Part shown: in pieces, positions 37,201-49,628 of the stretch | Layout of the letters: each line of letters opens with the position of its first letter | How positions within the stretch are numbered: the first letter of the stretch is position 1 | Assembly (NCBI RefSeq): GCF_006345805.1 | Contig: NC_042998.1 | Location: 125,364,001 to 125,428,000, forward strand | Source of the DNA: Octopus sinensis | Lineage: Eukaryota | Direction of reading: 5' to 3' | Length of the DNA: 64,000 bases | Position numbers and translations under genes: made by a program | Notes under the pieces: model-generated | What the model was told of the DNA's origin: nothing | Database searches by the model: none | Seen by the model: only the letters and a program-made list of their open reading frames with translations

Positions 37201-40200
37201 CCTACTCCTGATCCTAAAGTCACTAACTACCAGTCTATGTTGTGGGGTACATTCTTCGCCTGGGAAGGTTTTGGCATTTATAAGTAGCCATCTCTCCCTT
37301 TGCCTGGCAAGGATGTAGTCAATTTGGCTGGTATGTTGGCCCGATCGGTAGGTGACTAGGTGGCTGGTAGGTTTCCTGAAGTTAGTGTTGCAAATCATAA
37401 GATTATTTGCATCGCAGAACTCCAGCAGCCTGGTTCCCTCCTCGTTGCGGGAACCAGAGCCATAGCCTCCATGTACGCCATGGAAGCCCCCAGCATGTCG
37501 TCCAACGTGACCATTGAAGTCACCAGCCACAAAGAGAAGGTCTCTGTCGTTCGTCAACGAGGTAGTCTGCAGTAGAGTGTCATAGAATCGGTCTTTCTGT
37601 CCATCAGGTAGCCCCGACTGAGGAGCATAGGCTGATATAATGGTTGCTACACTATGATGAAGCGCTAATCTAATCTTAAGTATTCTGTCGCATACTCTGA
37701 TTACCTCAATTACTTTATCTAATATATATATATATCATCATCATCATCATCATCATCATTTAACATCCATTTTCCATGTGTGCATGCATGCATCTATGTT
37801 TGTGTTTGTCCCCCACCACTGCTTGAGAACTGATGTCGGTTTGTTTATGTCCCCATAACATAATGGTTTGGCAAAAGAGACCAATATGATAAGTACAGAG
37901 CTTTAAAAAAATAAGTGATGGGGTTGATTCATTCAACTAAAAATTCTTCAAGGCACCTCCCCGTCATGGTTGAAGTCTAATGACTGAAACAAGTAAAAGA
38001 TAAAAGATAACATATTAAAAATATGTTACTGATTCGTTTTTGTAATTGTTGCTGTTATGGTAACTAGGTAAAAATTTAGTTACAGATAGTGAAGGTGGTG
38101 GCAGTGGCAGCAATGGATGCGGCAGCAATGGAAGTGGTGGCAGTGGCAGTGATGGAGGCAACAGTGGTGGTGGAAGCAGCAGTGGTGAGACTGATGACTA
38201 TCATAATGATCATGACAACAATGACATGTGTGTCAATCCTGATACTGATAGTAATAAAGATAATAATTCTTACTAATTTTGATAAAGAGCCAGCAAATTT
38301 TGAGGGGAGATGGGGCAAGTTCATTACACCGACTTCAGCTTTTGACTGGTACTGATTTTATTGATCCACGAGGGAGGAAAGATAAAGTTGATCCCAGTAG
38401 AATTTGAACCTAGTATGTAATAATTTGGAACAAATGCTGCTATGCATTTTGTCCAATGTGCTAATGATTCTACCAGTTTGCCACCTTTGTGATGAGGATA
38501 ATAATGAAATATAAGTAGGAGAGAGTGGTTGTGCTGTTGTTGACGATGGTGAAGATATCGGTGATGATAATCACCATCATCATCATCATTATCATCACTA
38601 ATATCTTCACCATCATCAACAACAGCACAACCACTCTCTCCTACTTATATTTCACTATTATCCTCATCACAAAGGTGGCAAGCTGGCAGAATCATTAGCA
38701 CATTGGACGAAATGCATAGCAGTATTTGTTCCAAATTATTACATACTGGGTTCAAATTCTGCTAGGGTCAACAAAAAGGATGATGATGGTGTTGGTAGCA
38801 ACAGTAGTAATAATAATTATTATGACAGCAACTATATTAGTGGAGTTGATGATGCTGACAATAACAATGATGATAAGACAGCAATGACAGTGAAGATGAT
38901 GGCAATGAAATTAATGACAATAATGATTTTAATGACAATAGTGGTGGTAATGATCACTGAAGTGATAATGCAGAAAAGAAGAAAATAATGTGTGCAAAAT
39001 CTCAATGTAACAGTTACCTGTCCTGGCGGGTGTGGTGCTTTTGAACAGATATGGACAAGTAGTAAGGCTGGAGCCACAAAGGATTGTAGTTTCACTGTGA
39101 TAATTCCAGGCTTTACAGCACTTTTGTCTATGACATTCGGTCCCTGTAAATAAAACAACAACATATCAGTCAAAAAAAAAAAAGTAGTTACAAAACATGT
39201 TGAAAATAAATTACAATTACTGGTCATACTGTTGAGTAATCCCAGTCAGTTCTGCTGAATCAAACTTACAAGGCCAAAGGTTTCACAATTCAATGATTAA
39301 GAGCAATACACAAGCCCAGTGCAGTGTAGGAGACTAAGCATATTATGATATGGGCTGTGGTAAACCAAGAAGAACATGTATTTGTTTTGTATCAGGACAA
39401 TTACCCTGCTAGGACAATTCCCCACGATGACAACTACCCTCAGGGCAATTACCCCACCCCACCCCCTTGGTTAATGCAAGAAATAACAGCCAAATCGCCC
39501 TTGTATAACACCCTAAAAAAGGAAGGATCAATGATTTGGTCATATATCTGACTGACAAGAGCAGACCTGAGGCTAAACAATAACAATAAGCTTTTATAAT
39601 AAAATCTATAAAAAGACTTAACTGAAAAATACCTTTATTTCATAGTCTTTGTAAGTGCAGTGTATATTAGTTTCTTATAATGCAGAGTTTGAGTGCAGAT
39701 GGCCAAGATGATGGAGCACCAGACAGCCAATCAAGAGTTCACCAGTTTATATCCTAACACCACCAATCGAGATCGACTTTGCCTTTCATCCCTTCAGGGT
39801 TGATAAATTAAGTACCAGTTACACACTGGGGTTGATGTAATCGATTTAATCCCTTTGTTTGTCCTTGTTTGTCCCCTCTATGTTTAGCCTCCTGTGGGCA
39901 ATAAAGAAATAAATATTGTGCATCTATAGGCAGGATACTTAACTTTAAAATGATCCAGTTCCTCTTAGCGTAAGTAAATACCATAAATGAAAAACAACTC
40001 AATTCTGTAAAACTAACAAGTGATTCGTTAGCTTGAAATACCGAATTATTAGCAGAAATTCTGACAATATAACTTAATATAATTTAGACTCCACTAAACT
40101 GACTTTGTCTAGATACACTGCATGGAGATTATGTCTTCAGTAGTGTTTTAAAGCTCTATAAATCATGGGATTTGCTAATAGGGTTTAGAATATTAAGTCC

Positions 40201-41723
40201 TTATAATATAGGTTTCATATTATTAAACCCTAAACATAAATTGCTCATTATTTTCATTATTTATTAGGTGCAAGTGTTTTTACCTCACTTTACCTGCCAG
40301 TCTGAAATAGATTCCTATTAATTTGAAGATGCTACCTGTAATAAAATAGTATCTTCTTTTTGAAGAGATTTATTTCTCTTCAAATTCATGCTATGAAACT
40401 GAAGCTAAGTTTCATACATTAAAGGAGAAATAACAATCAGATAGTTAGACTAAATAGAATGTGTCAGTTACATAGGGTTGAATGATTAGTCAATTAAATT
40501 GTTTCACAACTCCTACCTATCTACATGAGAGACCAAAGAAACATTTTTTTATTATCATTTTTGGCAAAAAGGTAGTGAGCAGGCAGAATCATTGCACACC
40601 AGGCAAAATGGTGAGCAGCATTTTACCCATCTTTATGTGGATTCAAATTCTGCCAAAGTCAGCTTTACCTTTCATCCTCTGGGGGTCGATAGAAGAAAGT
40701 CAGTGTAATCAACTTACCTGCTCCCCCAAAATTGTAGGCCTTATGCCAAATTTTGAAACTGTTATTATTTTATGCAAAATTAGTTAAAAAAGAACAAGAC
40801 ACATAAAGATAATTGAAGGAAATACCTCCTGTTGACGCATAGCATGAAATTGTTCCTTGGTTGGGTAAGAAGGTTTACCCATCTTCTTCCATAGCATAAA
40901 AGGATTCCCATAGCTGTTGTTAATCTTGAATATTATCATGTAGAGATCTTCAAAAATATACATTAAAGGAAAAAAAAAAACACAAATATATAGTGCATAA
41001 ATTTATTTGGCAAAAAAAATTTATCATCCCGAAATATAACAATCTCCCTTTCAGCACACGATTTCGCATCAGGAATCTTGCAAAACTAATACATAAACAT
41101 AACTTTTAAATTCACTTTCCATTTATTTCTCAGTGTCAAAATGTATGTTGCATTTCTAAGACCTAATCTCTGACATAGTTCCACTACAAGTCTAACTGCT
41201 TAGTTGCAATGAAATTGTATCAGTGCTCAAACTGCAGTTATTGCAGTGAGATAATGTAGGTAACCTGATTGCAGTTGTGTAATGTGAATACTGACATTTC
41301 AAGCAATAAATAAAAAATAAATGATAGATTTTGAGTTTTTGTATGATTTTAAAAGACTAAAGTGATTGTTCACTGATTAGTTACTTCAGTTTCAATACAC
41401 AGTCTCAGCTCAAAGGTCTGCTTAGAGAAGTACAACTTGGAAACTACAATACTGTTATATTGTAGAAGAAAGAGAAGGGGATAGAGATGGGGATAGCAGC
41501 AGCAGTGACAGTAATTGATAGTGTGTTTAGACTTGTTATTTCTTTTTTGATGATTTCTTACCTCTGCTTTGGGAAACTGGAGGATCAATGAATATTTTAA
41601 CTTCTACGCTTTCTCCATCTTGTTTGATATTTCTCTCTTCTAGCTCTCCTGGTCCTGGATCAGTGGCATTATACAACAATAAACATACCTGGAAGCTAAT
41701 AAGATATATATATATATATATAA

Positions 41724-41770
<47 letters not shown>

Positions 41771-44700
41771 GACAGAGAGAGAGACAGAGTGGAGAGAAGA
41801 GGTATACATGTATGTATATTGATGTGCATTATGAGTGTGTGTAGAAACACACATATACACACACACAGATATATATATATATATATATATATAAACATAT
41901 ATGTGTGTATGTTTGTATTTATATGTATGGATAAATATTATCATCCAAACACATACACACAAACAAACACACACACATATTTCTATTGATACAGAAGCAC
42001 AATACTTATGTTTGTTTATATATGTCAGTGCATTATTGGTGCATATTTAATTAATTCTCACTTGAATCTGCCTCTAATGGAATTTAGAAAGGCAGTGCTC
42101 ATAACCATTTACAGAACTTTCAAGACTGGTGGTAGGGAAAGAGGTATCCTCAAACCTCTCATCACTCTTTTTATGTCCAATCTTCACCCCTGGGTCCACA
42201 CCAAACCTATGCCCAGTCTTTCCTCCTCAGAACATTGGTCTTTTGGAATCTTCTCCCTTGTTTATGTCTTTCCGGCAAGTGTTGACCTGCAACTGTTTAA
42301 ACAGAACAGTAATGGCATTGGTCTTGTTAGTTTTGGAGAACTTTCAAAGGTCACAGACGCGGTCCTTTTCTTTAGCCTCAACAGGTAAGAAAAAAAAAGC
42401 CTTAATGTAATTGCTTGACCTGTTAAGACTAGCAGTCAAACAACCCTAAAATAAACCTTTTTCCCATTCAGTAGTTTTTTATCCACTGTTGGGTGAAGTC
42501 TCAATATTGATACTGAATGCAGTCTGACCTTCATGCAGGTCAATCAAAGGTTGGATGGGATGCTCCTGCAGTTATATGACTAGCTCTGACTATTGGAACT
42601 TAGCTAGAATGGCTCAGAATGCAAAGAGATGAAATCATTACTTATAACTCTTAAACTTACTATCATCATCGTTTAACGTCCGCTTTCCATGCTAGCATGG
42701 GTTGGACAGTTCAACTGGGGTCTGGCAAGCCCGAAGGCTACACCAGGCCAGTCAGATCTGGCAGTGTTTCTACAGCTGGATGCCCTTCCTAACGCCAACC
42801 ACTCCGAGAGTGTAGTGGGTGTTTTATGTGCCACCGACAGGTGCCAGACGAGGCTGGCAGACGGCCACGCTCGGATGGTGTTTTTTATGTGCCACCGGCA
42901 CAGGTGCCAGACGAGGCTGGCAGACGGCCATGCTCGGATGGTGTTTTTTATGTGCCAACCTTAAAAAAATGAAAAGCAAAACTGACCTCATCAGAATTTG
43001 AGCAAAGAGTGCAAAGAATTAAAATGAATGCAGTGAAGCATTCTACATAATGCTTTAATGACTTTAAAAGTTATTATTTGTTATATCACAGCTTACTGTC
43101 TGGAAAATGAAAAGACAAAAGCTGAATAATGTTGTAGTGACGCCATCTTGGAAATCTCCAGCACACATGCGCAGGGTTGGAGTCTTCCAGGAGGCCTGCC
43201 AAAAGTTCCTTCATGTGCATGCGCAGAAAAACAGCAGCAGCAAAATTCCCTCGCATCGCCCTCTTAGAACGCCAGCAGCTGAACAAAACAAATGTGTTTT
43301 ATCAGCTCTCTCAAGCTGCTACCTCGTGGAGTATCTCCGCTATGCTTGAACGGACAGGATTGGCTCACTCCACTTGACTACTGCGATAAGCTCCTAGGCT
43401 GCCAATTTGCCCAGAGGAAGAAATATATATATTGCAAATCAAGAAATAAATAAGTTAATCAGAATTCTTGGCTCTTTCTTTGATTAATATTTAATGTAAA
43501 GGATGCGAGCTGCACCCATCTAGTGCGGAGACCTCTCATCCTGTTACAATGTAATCTAGAAAAATAGAATGGTCATGGTTGGAAAATCTTCATCATTCAC
43601 ATTTCTTAAGTGAACCTAGATATAAACAACAACTTTTTCTTATACTTAGCATGTAAGGCATCCAGCAATAAAGTAGCATAATGTTCTAATATGCATTAAA
43701 ATGTATGTAATTCCTCACCTGTCTGACACTGCAGATGCCACAGGATAATGAATTGAGCCAATTCCTCCAAAATCATGAGTTGAAATATCTGGAAAAAAAT
43801 CTCATGAATCATCATCATCATCAAACATAGACAGAAAGATAGACAGACAGACAGATAGACAGACAGACAGATAGACAGGTGTGTGTGTATGTGTGTGCCA
43901 CCTTGGTTAATGCTCCCCTCCCAGCTGAAGGGGTGTTTTGTCTTGCAAGTTACTCAGTGACCCTACCGGTGCTGGTGTCACATAAAAAGCAGCTGTGCTG
44001 GTGCCACTTAAGGAACACATGTGACAGTGCCACATAAAAAGCACATAAAGCACAAGGCCTTGGTCAGCCTGGACTACAGTAGAGAACACTTGCCAGGGGT
44101 GCCAAACAGAGGAACTGAACCCCAAAACACATGACTGGGAAGAAAGCCTAACCACACAGCCACACCAGTGCCTATATCATATATATATATGTATAAGGAT
44201 GAAAAGGGACACACAAGTTGATATATATCAAAAAACAAGTCAAGATAGAAAATGCTAAAATAATTTTATAAAGAACATTTCAGTACCGGTTTCGGTCTTT
44301 TGAGACCTTTTCAACTGTAACAATTAAATAATTAAATTTAGAAAAATTAAAAGAAAAATTTTTTTAAAAGAATATTTGTATAGTGTTCAAATATAAGTGG
44401 CATTTTCCTTGTTTCTGCCTTTCTCTGTCTCTCTTGTTTACTCTTTTGGGTTCAAGGTCCATGTGAATTCTTGATAATCATCATCATCATCATTTAATGT
44501 CTATATTCCATGCATGCATGGGTAGGATGGTTGACAGGAGCTGGCTTGGTAGAAAACTACCCTAGGCTACTGTGTCTGTTTTGGTAGGGATTTTATGGCT
44601 AGATGCCCTTCCTGACACCAACCACTCTGCAGAGTGGACTCAGTGCTTTTTGTGGCACTAACACAGGCAAGGTTAGTTTTGGCATGATTTTTACAGCTGG

Positions 44701-47700
44701 ATGCCCTTCCAATCACCAACCACTTTACACTGTGGACTGGATGCTTTTAATGTGGCACCAGCACTGGCAGGATAACCAAGTAACTCACAAGACAAGGAAT
44801 TATGAGAGAAGCAGTAGCATTTGAGATGGGGAACTTGTGTCAGAGGATGGTCTTATAAGGGTGAAACACCCAATCTTTCTACTGTTTTCACAGCTATACT
44901 GCATTCGAAATTTACTTTCTTGTCTGCAAAATACAAAATGCATTGAACGCTTACAAAATTTGTTTAAAGTTTGTTTATAAAATGTTGTTGCCACACACAC
45001 ACACACATCATCATCATCATTATCATCATTTACCATCCGCTTTACATGCTAGCATGGGTTGGACGATTTTGACTGAGGGCTGGCAAACCAGATGGCTGCA
45101 CCAGTCTCCAATCTTGATTTGGCAGAGTTTCTACAGCTGGATGCCCTTCCTAATGCCAACCACTCCGAGAGTGTAGTGGGTGCGTTTTACGTGCCACCGG
45201 CACAGGGGCCAGTCAGGCGGTACTGGCAACGACCTCGCTCGAATCCTTTTACAAAAAAAATCCTTTTGCCAAAAAAAAAATATAGATATAGATATATATA
45301 TACACATGTGCATAAGCAGCTATGCTTTGTTGTAAATAGGCAAAACAATGCCAGTAAAGTAATGACATTGCGGTCACACACTGTACATGGTGTGTATCAT
45401 ACTTAGCTAGTTCTAATCCAATCAACTGCCAGGACCTGTCTTCATTGCTTGGGTGTTAGATAGGAATTAGCCAAATATGAACTACACAATAAATTAAAAT
45501 AAAAGTAAGAAAGAACATACTATAGACATGATGTTTAGTAATATTGACATACAGTTTTCTGTCGCCAAGGTAAGCCAACAGCATCATAGCAGAGTATACT
45601 GGTTTATGCACAAACTGCACATGCGGTGGTTTTGTGTTGTTCATCTGGAACCTGGCAAGCAGAGTGCGCTGAGTAAACTGGTGTGGATAATAGCTTAAGA
45701 ATGCATTATCATTGCTCAATAAAGTGAAATTGATGTGTTTCAGAAACTTTCTTTGTTGGTGGAGGGCAATTACCTGACAAAAGAATATATATATATAAAA
45801 AAAAGCACAAGCATACTGAGTGAATACATAGTATGTTAAGTGGTTAAAGATTAATACAGTGTTTCTCAACAATCTTTTACATATGGACCCTTTTGGTTCC
45901 TATTCACACAGATGGATCTCATAGTAATTCAACATTTTTAAAAATCCTATTATATTTTTATGATTAAATACTATTAGGAACTGTATTAAAATAATCATTA
46001 TAATACAATTGCAGTGTGGAAGGTGTTTATAAGCTATTTAAGAAACACACAAAAACCGTTAGATTCACTTCAACATTTAAATTTAATTTGTCAAAATATT
46101 TTCGTCACTTTGAAACTGCGACCTGTTCACTGACAAAACTTTGTGCTATTGTTTTCGTTCCAGCACACAATCTCATATCAGGTCACTTGCTATGCAAGTA
46201 CATCTCCGTAATTATTAGAATGTTTTGTGTATTGCAGACATATAACCAATTTATTGGAGATAAATTTTAACAACAAAATCCTATATGGACCCCATTTGAG
46301 CAGCACACGATCTCAGATCAGATCACTTGCTATGCAAGTACATCTCCCTAAACTTTAGAATGTTTTGTGTATCGCAGAAGTATAACCAATTTATTGGAGA
46401 TAAATTTTAACAACAAAATCCTATATGGACCCCAGTTGAGAAACACTGAATTAATACAAGGATATTCTTTCATAGATATCTCTATTATACTGGTCTAACG
46501 TTAATATATTGTCCAAAAAGCATTAAACCAATGATAGAAATATTTCATGAATATGTGTGTAAAATCAATGATCATAGAACCAGCAATAGTGGTGGTAGTA
46601 TTGACATCATAATCTTTGGTGAATATCGTGGATTAAACCTCAAAACTCTTCCTCAGAGCTCCCAATACTGCTTTACTATATAAGATCTCACACATTATAT
46701 CCTGAATTTCTGGCGATAACATCTAATCAACACCACCATCCTTCCACACTTTTACACATCTATACACGAACATGCACCACATTAAAACACACACACACAC
46801 ACACAAACAAAACTCCCTTCCCGTTATACCTACTTCTGCATGCAGATACATTCTTATACATGGGCCTACACTTCCTCCCTTCTTAAATCTACTTAAAGAA
46901 CAGCAACCATCTGCTTTCTTCCCCATTTTATTTCTCTTTAATACACACGATTATACACTCTCTCTCTCATAATACTAACATAATACATAACATGAAACAT
47001 AATACTAACACCATATTTGTCAAACTATGTTTTTCCTGTATTGTTCTTTTTGAATGTTTATTACCTTTACAATATATACATATATCATTGAAAATGTGCA
47101 GAAAACAGCTTCTGTCACATTCCAGGGAAAAAAACTACAAGTAGATGATAGCTTCCATTACCTAGGTGACCATGTCAGTCACAGGGGTGGTTACTCAGAG
47201 AGTGTAGCTGCTAGAATAAGAATAGCCTAGGCAAAGTTCAGAGAGCTCCTACCACTGCTGGTGACAAAGGCCTCTCGCTCAGAGTATAAGGTAGACTGTA
47301 TGATGCATGTGTGCAAACAGCCATGCTACATGGCAGTGGGACATGCATAAGCTTGCAAGGAATGAAGCTAGTATGCTCCGCTGGATGTGTAATGCCAGTG
47401 TGCATACACGACAGAGTGTAAGTGCCCTGAGAGAAAAGTTGAACGTAAGATGCATCAGATGTGGTGTGCGAGAGAGACAACTGCACTGATATGGTCATGT
47501 GTTGTGTATGGATGAGGACAACTGTGTGAAAAAGTGTCACACCCTTGCAGTAGAGGAAACCTGTGGAAGAGGTACACCCAGGAAGACCTGGGATGAGGTG
47601 GTGAAGCACGACCTTTGAACACTGGGCCTCACCGAGGCAACAACAAGTGACCAAGACTTTTAGAGATATGCTGTGCTTGAGAAGACCTGGCAAGCCAAAT

Positions 47701-48197
47701 GTGACTGTAACCGTGGCCTATGCCTGTGCATTATAACCAGCCCATTTAAGAGTACCCTTCAATCATTGCGCAATAAACTGCGTTTGTGAAGACATGTTGA
47801 GGCAAGTGGAGTTGTTGTCATGGCCAACGACAGTACCACCTGATTGGCACCTGTGCCAGTGGCATGTTAAAAGTACCATTCAAGCGTGGTTGATGCCAGT
47901 GTCGGTGGCACATAAAAAGCACCATTTGAGCGTGGTCATTACTAGTGCCACCTGACTGGCTCTCATGCCAGTGACACATAAAAAGCACCATTCAAGTGTG
48001 GCCAATTACAATACTGCCTAACTGGCCCTCGTGCTGGTGGCATGTAAAAAGCACCCACTACACTCTCAGAGTGATTGGCGTTAGGAAGGGCATCCAGCTG
48101 TAAAAACATTGCCAGATCGGATTAGAGCCTTCTGGCTTGCCAGCCCTCAGTCAAACCATCCAACCCATGCCAGCATGGAAAGTGGTTGTTAAACAAC

Positions 48198-48252
<55 letters not shown>

Positions 48253-49183
48253 ATATTAAATGGATGTGTTATAAAATAATTCCGCCCATACAATAACAGC
48301 CATATGAACAATCCAACATACCTCTATCATGAGCTGTCCCATGGATGTCGCTATTGTTTCGACACCTGGGTAGTACCATTCAATCCGGCAGTGTCAACAG
48401 CACTAAAATAAGTATTGTTTGAGAACAAACATACCTTGGATATCACCACAACCATTCAATCTTAATTCTAGGAAGGATTAAACACTAACATTATTAATTA
48501 AACTACAACAAAGAAACACATACACCCTATGTACAACAGTATGGATAAATAAATTCAATAAGTAAACCTATAAACTCCTAAATTATCAAACTAAATAGCA
48601 ACCAAGCCCAAGAAGTCCATACAGATAATATTCCCACCAGTCTTCCATAGTTATTATTATAAAAGTGAAAGCTTTTATATTCTACTCTCTCCAAAACGAA
48701 ACAAACTGGATTGAACTTAACTTAACTAATAATATCACTAAGTGAATATAGCGACCACGCCCTTGAAGTCCATACAGATAATATTTCCACCAGTCTTCCA
48801 TAGTTATTAACATAAAAGTGAAAGCTTTTATATTCTACTCTCTCCAAAATAAAACAAACTCGATTGAACTTAACTTAACTAATAATGTAACTAATTCGGA
48901 GTGAACAATTATTATAAAAACCTTGTTATGATTAAAGCTAAATATAAAACTGTTCCAAAACCCCACCGTAGTCCCTCACCATATTGCAGTTCACCTATCA
49001 CGGTTTATTATTCAAGCTTACCTCAATTCCACTTTGGTGTTGTTTTGCATTTATAATAAAATAGATATATACAGATTATAAAAATAATTTTTTTAAATAT
49101 ACAGTAGAGTACTGTTTCTACTTCATGGATTTTCACCTATTACACCATGATAGAAATCCCATGATAGTCAAGGGATTACTGTA

Positions 49184-49215
<32 letters not shown>

Positions 49216-49567
49216 CATACACACACACACATACATATGTATGTATGTATGTATGTATGTACATACGTATATTTAAATGAACTTACCTTCACCACCAAAG
49301 CTGCATATGTAACATCAGCTCGCCATAACCGAGGTTTGCTCCAACCAACCAGAGGATCACCCTCACTAACAATCAAGTAAACAATATATTTATATATATG
49401 TGTGTGTATGTATGTATATATAAATATATATATGTATATATATATATATACGTACATATATACATATATATATGTGTGTGTATGTATGTATATATAAATA
49501 TATATATGTATATGTGTGTATGTATGTATATATAAATATATATATGTATATATATATATATACGTAC

Positions 49568-49628
<61 letters not shown>

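Noticed and set aside
45547-45552. Alternative GTATGT donor for IDUA exon 8
   Set aside because: It gives phase 2, which is incompatible with exon 9. The donor at 45515-45520 keeps frame and alignment.
48345-48405. Minus-strand CTGTTGA...GAAAC hammerhead candidate
   Set aside because: The invariant A6 is missing, stem II overlaps the core, and there is no convincing stem I.
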